Positions 1-6,657 of a stretch of 10,288 nucleotides of DNA are shown one piece after another. The notes beneath the pieces are model-generated. The model was not told where the DNA came from, did no database searches, and saw only the letters and a program-made list of their open reading frames with translations. This stretch comes from an uncultured bacterium. GTDB taxonomy: Bacteria > Hydrogenedentota > Hydrogenedentia > Hydrogenedentales > JAEUWI01. The DNA is taken from the NCBI GenBank assembly GCA_963977445.1, contig CAXBPH010000249.1, forward strand, positions 1-10,288, given 5' to 3'. Position 1 is the first letter of the stretch. Each line of letters begins with the position of its first letter. The position numbers and the translations under genes were made by a program.

Positions 1-42
1 CCGCACCGAGGAAAGAAAAGAGGCCTTAAGTAAGCGCCATTC

Positions 43-225
43 GTGCAGTCCCCGGGGAAGTTGGCCCTCAGTCCCCGGAAACGTGGCCCTCAGGGGGACG
101 GCCCCGACTGTCGAATAGCCCTTTGATTGCTTGGGGTTGTCGTGTTCGCCACGGTGTTGGTGGTGCTTTTTTCGTGTGCTTGGTCGGTGCAGTCCCCGGG
201 GCAGTTGGCCCTCCAGTCCCCGGAA
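43..225. repeat. Short REP-like repeat cluster: two ~38-39 bp direct copies (43-80, 187-225) built from CAGTCCCCGG / TGGCCCTC sub-units
   Basis: Seen: GTGCAGTCCCCGGGGAAGTTGGCCCTCAGTCCCCGGAA (43-80) vs GTGCAGTCCCCGGGGCAGTTGGCCCTCCAGTCCCCGGAA (187-225), 1 substitution and 1 insertion. CAGTCCCCGG occurs at 46, 69, 190 and 214; TGGCCCTC at 62, 84 and 206; an inverted GGGGAC is at 94-99. The repeat is direct observation; the REP label is inference. Confidence 0.8.
147..172 (+). terminator. Possible weak intrinsic terminator for a + strand gene upstream of the window
   Basis: CGCCAC-ggtgttg-GTGGTG forms a 6-bp stem (one G-U pair) followed by CTTTTTT, in the intergenic space 3' of the minus-strand esterase. 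Confidence 0.3.
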
Positions 226-231
226 TGGCTG

Positions 232-1521
232 CTATTGCTTTACTTTTGCGATGTGGTCTTTCATCATTTTCAGGGCCATATCATTCCATTCGGGGGGGAC
301 GGCGTGGGTCATGAGGGGTTTGTTGAGGATATGCTTTTCGCCCTGCAGGTTGTTGTAGGCGGCGTAGACGGAGGTGGGGCGGCAGGTGTTGTCTATAAAC
401 CCGACGGAGACGAGGGCATCGGCCTGGGTGCGTGTGGCGAAGTTCATGGCGTCAAAATATCGGGCCACCTGCTGGATGGTGGGGTCCGGGTTGCCCTGGT
501 CGTCGCGCGGTACGAGGCGGGGCCAGCCGTTGATGACGCCTGTATGATCGCACATGGCCGGCACATTGGCGATGAGCGCGGTAACACGGGGGTCAATGCC
601 TGCGGCGACGAGGGACTGTCCACCGCCCTGGCTGCTGCCCCGGGCAATTAATACCTTGCCATCCCACTCGGGCTGGGCGGTCAAAAAGTCCATGGCGCGG
701 ATGAGGCGATAGTACATGCCAAGGAAGTAGTAGGTCTCCCGATCCTCGCGATCGCGGAGGCGATAGTCGGCCAGGTCGCCATTGGCCAGATCGGCGTAGT
801 ATTCGCTCGGTTTGCCGTTTGGAATACCGTGGGCGTTAATATCAAGAACGAGCATGCCTTCGGCTGCGATGTCGGGACGGAGCGCTGAACTCCGTACGCC
901 TGCGCCGTGGACCCACAATACGGCGGGCAGACTCTTTTCTGCGACGCCAGACGGCCGACAATAGTAACCCGATACGGGGGCACCACCGAGGCAGTCGAGC
1001 TGGAGGTCAAAGGTTTCGACCCCTTCGACGGGGGATGGAACGGGCGTAAGGACGGGGTTCATGGGTACTTCGGCGAGCGCGGCCTTCTTTTCGGCCCAGA
1101 AGGTATCGAAATCTTCCGGCGGGGCCATGCTGGCTTTTATTTTGAGGGGCTCGAAGCCACCGGCCGCAACGCCATGAATCTTTGTTTCGTCCTCCGTCAC
1201 GTAGGTGGCGGTACAGCGAAGAAAGCCCGGATGTGCCAGGGTGCCTGTTATGAGGACCGGGGACTCGGACAGGTCCCGCGTTCCCGAATCTACCGTGCTG
1301 GCACCGTCAACACTGAGGTTGTAGCTCAGTGTACCTTCTGTAAGCGCCGTGCCGTCCTTCGTTACTACCAACGTGAATGTGACCGGTTCGTTCAGGTTGT
1401 AGAGGGCGTCTTCCCGATCGGTACGGGCGACTACGGCAAGGCCGGCCTGGGCCATGACATCCATGGCGAAGAACGTGAGGACAAAAGTCAGCGCAAGGGC
1501 CCGACAGCGAAATTGGAACAT
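232..1521 (-). CDS. Secreted acetylxylan esterase / cephalosporin-C deacetylase-like alpha/beta hydrolase (CE7/AXE1-like) with an N-terminal beta-rich domain
   Basis: 429-aa ORF with GGAG RBS 7 nt before the ATG and a signal peptide (..FFAMDVMA|Q). Nucleophile elbow is GSSQGG; candidate catalytic Asp in GFIDNTC and His in PLMTH. CE7-typical segments: PEDFDTFW, YYFLGMYYRLIRAMDFL..PEWDG, YFDAMNFA, PTSVYAAYN. Confidence 0.9.
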   Translation of the reverse strand: MFQFRCRALALTFVLTFFAMDVMAQAGLAVVARTDREDALYNLNEPVTFTLVVTKDGTALTEGTLSYNLSVDGASTVDSGTRDLSESPVLITGTLAHPGFLRCTATYVTEDETKIHGVAAGGFEPLKIKASMAPPEDFDTFWAEKKAALAEVPMNPVLTPVPSPVEGVETFDLQLDCLGGAPVSGYYCRPSGVAEKSLPAVLWVHGAGVRSSALRPDIAAEGMLVLDINAHGIPNGKPSEYYADLANGDLADYRLRDREDRETYYFLGMYYRLIRAMDFLTAQPEWDGKVLIARGSSQGGGQSLVAAGIDPRVTALIANVPAMCDHTGVINGWPRLVPRDDQGNPDPTIQQVARYFDAMNFATRTQADALVSVGFIDNTCRPTSVYAAYNNLQGEKHILNKPLMTHAVPPEWNDMALKMMKDHIAKVKQ

Positions 1522-1554
1522 TGTAATTCTCCGGTTGAATTGGGGATGGGGCTA

Positions 1555-1583
1555 AGTATAGCAAGGCGACCGGAGGGCTGCAA
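1555..1583 (-). promoter_or_regulatory. Sigma70-type promoter for the esterase
   Basis: Minus strand reads TTGCAG (1583-1578), 17 nt, TATACT (1560-1555), with an extended -10 TG (TGCTATACT), about 34 nt upstream of the start codon. Confidence 0.55.
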
Positions 1584-1633
1584 CGCGGGAACGGTTTTGG
1601 CGCAATCCGGAGGACCTACATCAATCCCGGGAC

Positions 1634-1642
1634 TGCTATACT
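1634..1642 (+). promoter_or_regulatory. Extended -10 promoter element for the hypothetical gene at 1694
   Basis: TGCTATACT (TGn-TATACT) lies about 50 nt upstream of the AGGAG-preceded ATG at 1694. There is no good -35 box. Confidence 0.45.
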
Positions 1643-1693
1643 CCCTGCATACAGAGACGTTCTATGAAACGTCCAACAGACAGGAGTTTTAAA

Positions 1694-2599
1694 ATGGTTA
1701 GCTCAGCATGGCGATGTGCTCTGGCACTCGATTCGCAGCGTGAAATTATTAAGGGCGACGGGGATTCCCTTGTGGATGCAATCCGCCGTGGTGCGGATCT
1801 GCGGGTACAGACGGCCTTTCGCCACAATGAACACATCGACACGGATTCCTCGAGTAACGAGTTGATAGACGAGGTATCTGAGTTTAAGACCACCTATTTG
1901 CTGGAAGACCGATTTGCTGCGGGTATCATGACCAACCGCCAACCCGTACAACTGCCCGATGGATTTGGTCCGCGACCCTCCATGTCATTTTTCCTCTACA
2001 ACCAGGATGGGCAGCAGGCTATTGCGCGGCCCTTTCTCGATGGGAAACCAGCCACGGGGGAGCCGGGCGTCAGCGCGTGTGAAGACCACAGCGCCATGCC
2101 CCGCTACCACCAACTTGATGGATTCGATGGGGATACGAATGCACCAGCCAGCAACTTTATCTACGACTTTGAGCACTTTCGTTATCTCGTTCGGGATGAT
2201 TGGACGGAGGTATTGTCCCACGATGCGGCGGGCAGCGTTGTTTCCGGAAGTATGGCGGAGCTTGTCGAGGCCTTTCGGGCGGGGTGTGACGTTAAAGTGG
2301 CGATACGTGATTTGTGCGCCGATGTGCGCTCGGGCGACGTGTCAACCCTGTCCCACGAAGTGTTCATCCCCATCGGATACACCTATTACTATACGGAGCA
2401 ACAGCTCTTTATCGGTGCTGCCCATCCCACCGTACGTGTCGCTCCCTCGATTCCGCTGCGCTACAGCAGCCGTGCCTGGGATTTCGGATGGCTCCTGCCA
2501 CGAACAGACGGCTACTGTGCACGCCTGCTGAACGACCCTTACACGCTGGAATTCCACCGCAGCGACGCTCGATATGCCATGCGCTGGTTTGTTCGCTGA
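1694..2599 (+). CDS. Hypothetical protein (301 aa) composed of two tandem homologous domains
   Basis: Part of ORF 1664..2599. I prefer the ATG at 1694 because AGGAG (1682-1686) sits 7 nt upstream. Internal repeat: WRCALALDSQREIIKGDGDSLVDAIRRGADLRV vs WTEVLSHDAAGSVVSGSMAELVEAFRAGCDVKV; the halves end FRYLVR and MRWFVR. No signal peptide or TM segment is evident. Confidence 0.85.
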   Translation: MVSSAWRCALALDSQREIIKGDGDSLVDAIRRGADLRVQTAFRHNEHIDTDSSSNELIDEVSEFKTTYLLEDRFAAGIMTNRQPVQLPDGFGPRPSMSFFLYNQDGQQAIARPFLDGKPATGEPGVSACEDHSAMPRYHQLDGFDGDTNAPASNFIYDFEHFRYLVRDDWTEVLSHDAAGSVVSGSMAELVEAFRAGCDVKVAIRDLCADVRSGDVSTLSHEVFIPIGYTYYYTEQQLFIGAAHPTVRVAPSIPLRYSSRAWDFGWLLPRTDGYCARLLNDPYTLEFHRSDARYAMRWFVR

Positions 2600-2642
2600 C
2601 GCTACGCGACGTGACGTTACGGGCGGCGAAAACATACCGGAT

Positions 2643-3656
2643 TCATGGGCGTGGGATTTTGGTCAGCAACGAACCTGCGACGTAGGGTTGATCCTTCGCC
2701 AGGTTTTGGAGGTTCTCCGTCGTGAGGTGGGCGATTTCGGTCAAGGCTTCGTGGGTCAAGAAAGCCTGGTGCGATGTTACGAGGACGTTTGGGAAGCTCA
2801 GCAATCGGGAAAGCTCGTCGTCCTGAAGAATTTCGGAGGAGTGGTCGTCAAAGAAGACTTTTTCTTCCTCTTCATAAACATCCAGCGCGACGCCCCCGAT
2901 AGCGCCGGATTTTATTGCCTGAATGAGGGCCCCCGTGTCGACCAGTTTGCCGCGACTTGTGTTGATGAGATAGGCCGACGGCTTCATTCGTGCAAGGGCG
3001 GGCCCGTCGAGGAGATAACGGGATTCCGGGGTGAGTGGCAGGTGAAGAGAGACAACATCGCTTTCTTCCAGCAAGGACTCGAAGTCGGTGTAGGTCACAC
3101 CAAGTTCGGTGGCCCAATCAGCTGAGGGATAGGGGTCATAGGCAAGGATTCTCGTTCCGAAGCCATTAAAAATCTGTGCCGTAATACGTCCGATTTTACC
3201 CGTACCGACTATTCCCACCGTTTTTCCGTGGAGGTCGAAACCCACGAGTCCGCCAAGAGAGAAATTATATTCCCGGACTCGATTATAGGCGCGATGTATC
3301 TTTCGATTCAGGGTCAGCAACAGGGCAACGGTATGCTCCGCCACGGCATGGGGAGAATAGGCCGGTACCCGTACTACGTGAAGGCCAAGGGCTTCGGCCG
3401 CAGGAATATCCACATTGTTAAATCCAGCACAGCGGAGGGCGATAAGCTCGACGTCCAGCTCTGCTAGCTTCTCAAGGCAGGTCTGGTCCAAGCGGTCATT
3501 AACGAAGACGCAGACCGCGCGGCAGCCCGACGCACTCGTCGCTGTGTCTGTCGATAGACGAAAATCATAGTATTGGAAGCTTAGTGCGGTCCCTTCGGCG
3601 GCTTGATCGAAGTAGGTTCGGTCATAGGTGCGGGCGTCGTAGAAGGCAATGTTCAT
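2643..3656 (-). CDS. ldhA: NAD-dependent D-2-hydroxyacid dehydrogenase, D-lactate dehydrogenase (LdhA)-like
   Basis: Motifs ALRCAGFNNVD, RVPAYSPHAVAEH, GTGKIG (Rossmann), INTSRG (Arg), LDVYEEE (Glu) and TSHQAFLT (His) closely follow the LdhA family. The ORF track starts at 3683; the ATG at 3656 (MNIAFYD.., 337 aa) has AGGAAAG upstream and matches the family N-terminus. Substrate assignment is inference. Confidence 0.88.
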   Translation of the reverse strand: MNIAFYDARTYDRTYFDQAAEGTALSFQYYDFRLSTDTATSASGCRAVCVFVNDRLDQTCLEKLAELDVELIALRCAGFNNVDIPAAEALGLHVVRVPAYSPHAVAEHTVALLLTLNRKIHRAYNRVREYNFSLGGLVGFDLHGKTVGIVGTGKIGRITAQIFNGFGTRILAYDPYPSADWATELGVTYTDFESLLEESDVVSLHLPLTPESRYLLDGPALARMKPSAYLINTSRGKLVDTGALIQAIKSGAIGGVALDVYEEEEKVFFDDHSSEILQDDELSRLLSFPNVLVTSHQAFLTHEALTEIAHLTTENLQNLAKDQPYVAGSLLTKIPRP

Positions 3657-3918
3657 GGAAGAATACTTTCCTGATGATGTCATCGTTGGCTGGAGTTAGC
3701 CGGAGAAGCTCCCAAGGTGGGCGGCTACAGCCGAAGTGTTGATCAAGTTTAGTAGGCCACGTAGACCTATCGCAACTTGTGTCGGGACACCCCGTTGAGG
3801 CCGTTCACGGGATGGGTCCGGTGATGCATCGGGGGAAGGGAATGTGTATAGTCTCAGGGACTCCTGCAATGTCGTTCCCGTGCCCGGCAGGCGACGAAAT
3901 TAACGAAAGGCATTTTCG

Positions 3919-5943
3919 ATGCGATTGGCTGTATTGACCTTATTTCTTGCAATACTTTCTGCAGCGCCGTCTGTAGAGTTTTATGTTTCCCCCACTGGCA
4001 GTCCCGGGAATGATGGCTCCAAGGCCGCGCCCTTTGCCACGATAGGGGAAGGACAGGCAGCAATACGGAATGCGCGCGAAGCCAATCCATCGGAGGGTGC
4101 CACCCTCTGGTTTGCCGATGGGGTCTATCCCCTGAATACGTCCGTGGTTTTAGGTGCCGAGGACAGTGGTGTGTCCGAGAAGCCTGTACACTATCGGGCT
4201 GTGAATCCTGGAGAAGCCCGAATCTCGGGCGGTCGTGCTTTGAGCCCCACGGACTTCGTATCAGCAGCGGAGAACACCCGCCTGCCCGAAGGGGCCCGCT
4301 CATCGGTTGTGCAACTTGATTTGAAGGCCCAGGGTATCGACGCCCTGGGTGCCTTTCCCGACCAATATCGGACCGCGCTCCCTGTTCCGGAGTTGTTCTT
4401 CAATGGAGCGCGGATGACCCTGGCCCAATGGCCCAATGAGGGATGGGCAGAAATCGACACCGTTGTTGAGAGTGGTCCTGCACCGTGGCGAAATCATGAA
4501 TCGGACGCACTGGGGATATTTACCTACAGCGGCGACGAACCCGCCCGGTGGAGCGGCGTAGAGGAGATCTGGCTGGAAGGGTACTGGTGTTTCGACTGGG
4601 CTTCAGAGACCATTCGGGTGAAGTCCGTCGATACGACGACCCACCAGATTGCCCTTGCCAAAACCCACGTCTACGGCCTCGGAAGCGGCAACCCGGCACC
4701 CCGTCGTTTCCGCGCTGTCAATCTGCTGGAAGAACTGGACATGGCGGGCGAATACTTTATTGACCGGGAATCGGGGACCTTGTATTTCTGGCCCCCGGCG
4801 TCGATGGAGAATGCCAAAATTTCCCTTTCTCTCCTGGCCGAGCCGCTTTTTACCCTCACCGAGGTCAATGATTTTACGATGAGTGGCCTTGTTTTTGAGG
4901 ACTGCGCGGGCACGGCGTTGACCGTTACCGGTGGCCGTTCCGTGACGCTTGCCGGGTGCACGATTCGAAATGCCGGGCTTCAGGGTATCGTCGTTGACGG
5001 TGGCACGGCGCATACAATAGAGAGCTGCGATATACATCACAACGGTACGGGCGGTATCCAGATCGCCGGGGGTGATCGAAAAACCCTTACGCCGTCGGAA
5101 CACCGGGTGGTCAATAACTATATTCACCACGTGTCGGAGCGCATGCGGACGGCGGCGTATAACCTGCGGGTGGATGGCGTGGGTATCTACGTGGCCCACA
5201 ACGAAATCAGTGATGCGCCCCACCAGGCCATCGGGTGGGCGGGGAACGATCATATCTTCGAGTTTAATGACGTCCACCATGTGAGCATGAACTCGGATGA
5301 CTGTGGCGCCTTCTATACCGGGCGTAACCCCTCGAATCGGGGATCCATCATTCGTCACAATTACTGGCATGAAATAGGGAGCGCCATGGCCCACGGGAGT
5401 TGCGCGATTTACTTTGACGATGGCGACGGCGGCCAGACGGTAGAAGGCAATGTTTTCTACAAGGCGTCCGGCGGCAGTTTTGGCGCCGTTTTCAATCATG
5501 GCGGTCATGACAACGTTGTGAAGAACAATATTTTCGTGGACTGTTCCCAGGCCATCGCGTCGGCTCCCTGGAGCGACGCCAATTGGCAAAAATGGCTGAA
5601 GGAGCCCATCTGGCAGACCCGTCTGTTGGAGGAAGTAGATATTACGAAGGCGCCCTTTACGGAACACTATCCTGCGCTGAAGGGCTTTTTCGAATATGAG
5701 GGGCTCCGGATGAACTATGCCTCAACGAACGTGGTTGTGGGCTGTAAGAATTATGTGGAAGGCAATTGGATCGTGGGTGATTCCCTGGTGACCATGGAAG
5801 ATCCTGGGTTTGTCGATCGTGCCGGGAAGGATTTTACGCTACGGGACGATGCGGCCGTGTTTACATTATTGCCCGATTTTGTACCCATTCCTTTTGGGAA
5901 AATAGGTCGCTACCCCGATGCGTATCGTGTAGCAGGCAAGTAG
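3919..5943 (+). CDS. Secreted right-handed parallel beta-helix protein, GH141-like putative glycoside hydrolase
   Basis: 674 aa with GAAAGG RBS and a short signal peptide (MRLAVLTLFLAILSA|). N-terminal FYVSPTGSPGNDGSKAAPFATI motif; LFFNGARMTLAQWPN and NLLEELDMAGEYFIDRESGTLYFWPP segments; many beta-helix rungs (NNYIHH, HNEISDAPH, FNDVHHV, GNVFY, NNIFVD). Acidic motifs DDCGAFY and AIYFDDG resemble the GH141 catalytic-Asp regions. Confidence 0.85.
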   Translation: MRLAVLTLFLAILSAAPSVEFYVSPTGSPGNDGSKAAPFATIGEGQAAIRNAREANPSEGATLWFADGVYPLNTSVVLGAEDSGVSEKPVHYRAVNPGEARISGGRALSPTDFVSAAENTRLPEGARSSVVQLDLKAQGIDALGAFPDQYRTALPVPELFFNGARMTLAQWPNEGWAEIDTVVESGPAPWRNHESDALGIFTYSGDEPARWSGVEEIWLEGYWCFDWASETIRVKSVDTTTHQIALAKTHVYGLGSGNPAPRRFRAVNLLEELDMAGEYFIDRESGTLYFWPPASMENAKISLSLLAEPLFTLTEVNDFTMSGLVFEDCAGTALTVTGGRSVTLAGCTIRNAGLQGIVVDGGTAHTIESCDIHHNGTGGIQIAGGDRKTLTPSEHRVVNNYIHHVSERMRTAAYNLRVDGVGIYVAHNEISDAPHQAIGWAGNDHIFEFNDVHHVSMNSDDCGAFYTGRNPSNRGSIIRHNYWHEIGSAMAHGSCAIYFDDGDGGQTVEGNVFYKASGGSFGAVFNHGGHDNVVKNNIFVDCSQAIASAPWSDANWQKWLKEPIWQTRLLEEVDITKAPFTEHYPALKGFFEYEGLRMNYASTNVVVGCKNYVEGNWIVGDSLVTMEDPGFVDRAGKDFTLRDDAAVFTLLPDFVPIPFGKIGRYPDAYRVAGK

Positions 5944-6030
5944 TATCTCGCAAGACGCCGTGCGGTCTGCCCGGGCATTGTTGTAGACCCTGGAGGAGTG
6001 GCATAGAGTTTTCGGAGATGGAACCCAATT

Positions 6031-6157
6031 CGGGCCCTGTGTCGCCCCGCTGGGACTCGTATCGGCGTGTGTCGACCAAAACCCAGGACTCGCTACGCTC
6101 GCCGCTGGGCTACGATATATCGCCCACTTCGTGGACTTAATCGCCCCTTTCAGGGGC
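6031..6157. repeat. Hairpin-rich ~110-bp interspersed repeat (REP/MITE-like), copy 1, plus terminal hairpin
   Basis: 6031-6140 matches 6258-6368 with 3 substitutions and a 1-nt indel. It contains GCCCC-GCT-GGGAC, CCCAG...CTGGG and CCAC-TTC-GTGG hairpins and is followed by a perfect GCCCCT-TTC-AGGGGC hairpin (6143-6157). Confidence 0.9.
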
Positions 6158-6257
6158 TTTCTTTATACCCCCGACTCCGCCGGTGCTTGCTGATTAAGCG
6201 AAGATAGACTTCGAGCAAATTTCCTTCGTTTTACTCAGTTTTTTTACGTAATGCCGA

Positions 6258-6385
6258 CGGGCCCTATGTCGCCCCGCTGGGACTTGTATCGGCATGTGTC
6301 GACCAAAATCCCAGGACTCGCTACGCTCGCCGCTGGGCTACGATATATCGCCCACTTCGTGGACTTAAGGGGCCTATTCAGGGGC
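6258..6385. repeat. Hairpin-rich ~110-bp interspersed repeat (REP/MITE-like), copy 2
   Basis: Direct copy of 6031-6140. Ten nt after the core it again shows CAGGGGC (6379-6385), but the left arm of that last hairpin is degenerate. Confidence 0.9.
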
Positions 6386-6530
6386 ATTGTTTCATTGTGG
6401 TATTTTTGGTGAATCGAGCTACGGTAAAACCCACTTTTTTCTGACATCGACTTGGGTTCGGGTGGCACCATCGGGTTGACATCGAAAATCGGGAGCCCGT
6501 CGAAGGGATCTTTTGTTCGTGCATGCTTTA

Positions 6531-6544
6531 ATGCGATTGCCCTG
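6531..6544 (+). mobile_element. Orphan ISAs1-family-like right terminus (IS scar); no transposase present
   Basis: ATGCGATTGCCCTG (reverse complement CAGGGCAATCGCAT) resembles the CAGGGC.. terminal inverted repeat of ISAs1-family elements, as recalled from family knowledge. I find no convincing left end or target duplication. Confidence 0.4.
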
Positions 6545-6657
6545 CCTTAAAAATAGAGGGTGATATTTTTCCTTCAAATATAGGGCCATCGATGATAGGA
6601 TGGGTCCAGAAGAGAATTGGAGTAGGCTGAGACTTCACGGCGAGAAGGAGCGGGATT

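Noticed and set aside
43..225. Mini-CRISPR interpretation of the 38-bp repeats
   Set aside because: Only two copies, a 106-bp spacer, internally repetitive units and no cas genes in view.
127..651. 174-aa + strand ORF with a hydrophobic, lipoprotein-like start
   Set aside because: It is mostly antisense to the well-supported esterase, runs through the repeat block, has no RBS and shows no family motifs.
907..1692. 261-aa + strand ORF
   Set aside because: Antisense shadow of the esterase that also crosses the promoter region; no recognisable motifs.
1664..1693. Upstream ATG start for the hypothetical gene as given in the ORF track
   Set aside because: The RBS (AGGAG) lies inside this extension and is correctly spaced for the ATG at 1694.
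2574..3125. 183-aa + strand ORF
   Set aside because: Antisense shadow of the LdhA-like gene.
4603..5667. 354-aa - strand ORF
   Set aside because: Lies wholly antisense within the beta-helix gene. Long shadow ORFs are expected in GC-rich coding DNA.
6031..6385. CRISPR array or integron attC interpretation of the repeats
   Set aside because: There are only two units of ~110 bp, too long for CRISPR repeats, and no cas genes in the window. The RYYYAAC/GTTRRRY attC boundaries are absent.
5861..6471. Two similar small - strand ORFs (VDTRRYESQRGDTGP / VDTCRYKSQRGDIGP)
   Set aside because: Their similarity comes only from reading through the two DNA repeat copies. Their starts and stops are not equivalent, and there is no RBS support.
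6476..6481. Perfect TTGACA -35 box
   Set aside because: No -10-like hexamer lies 16-18 nt downstream.
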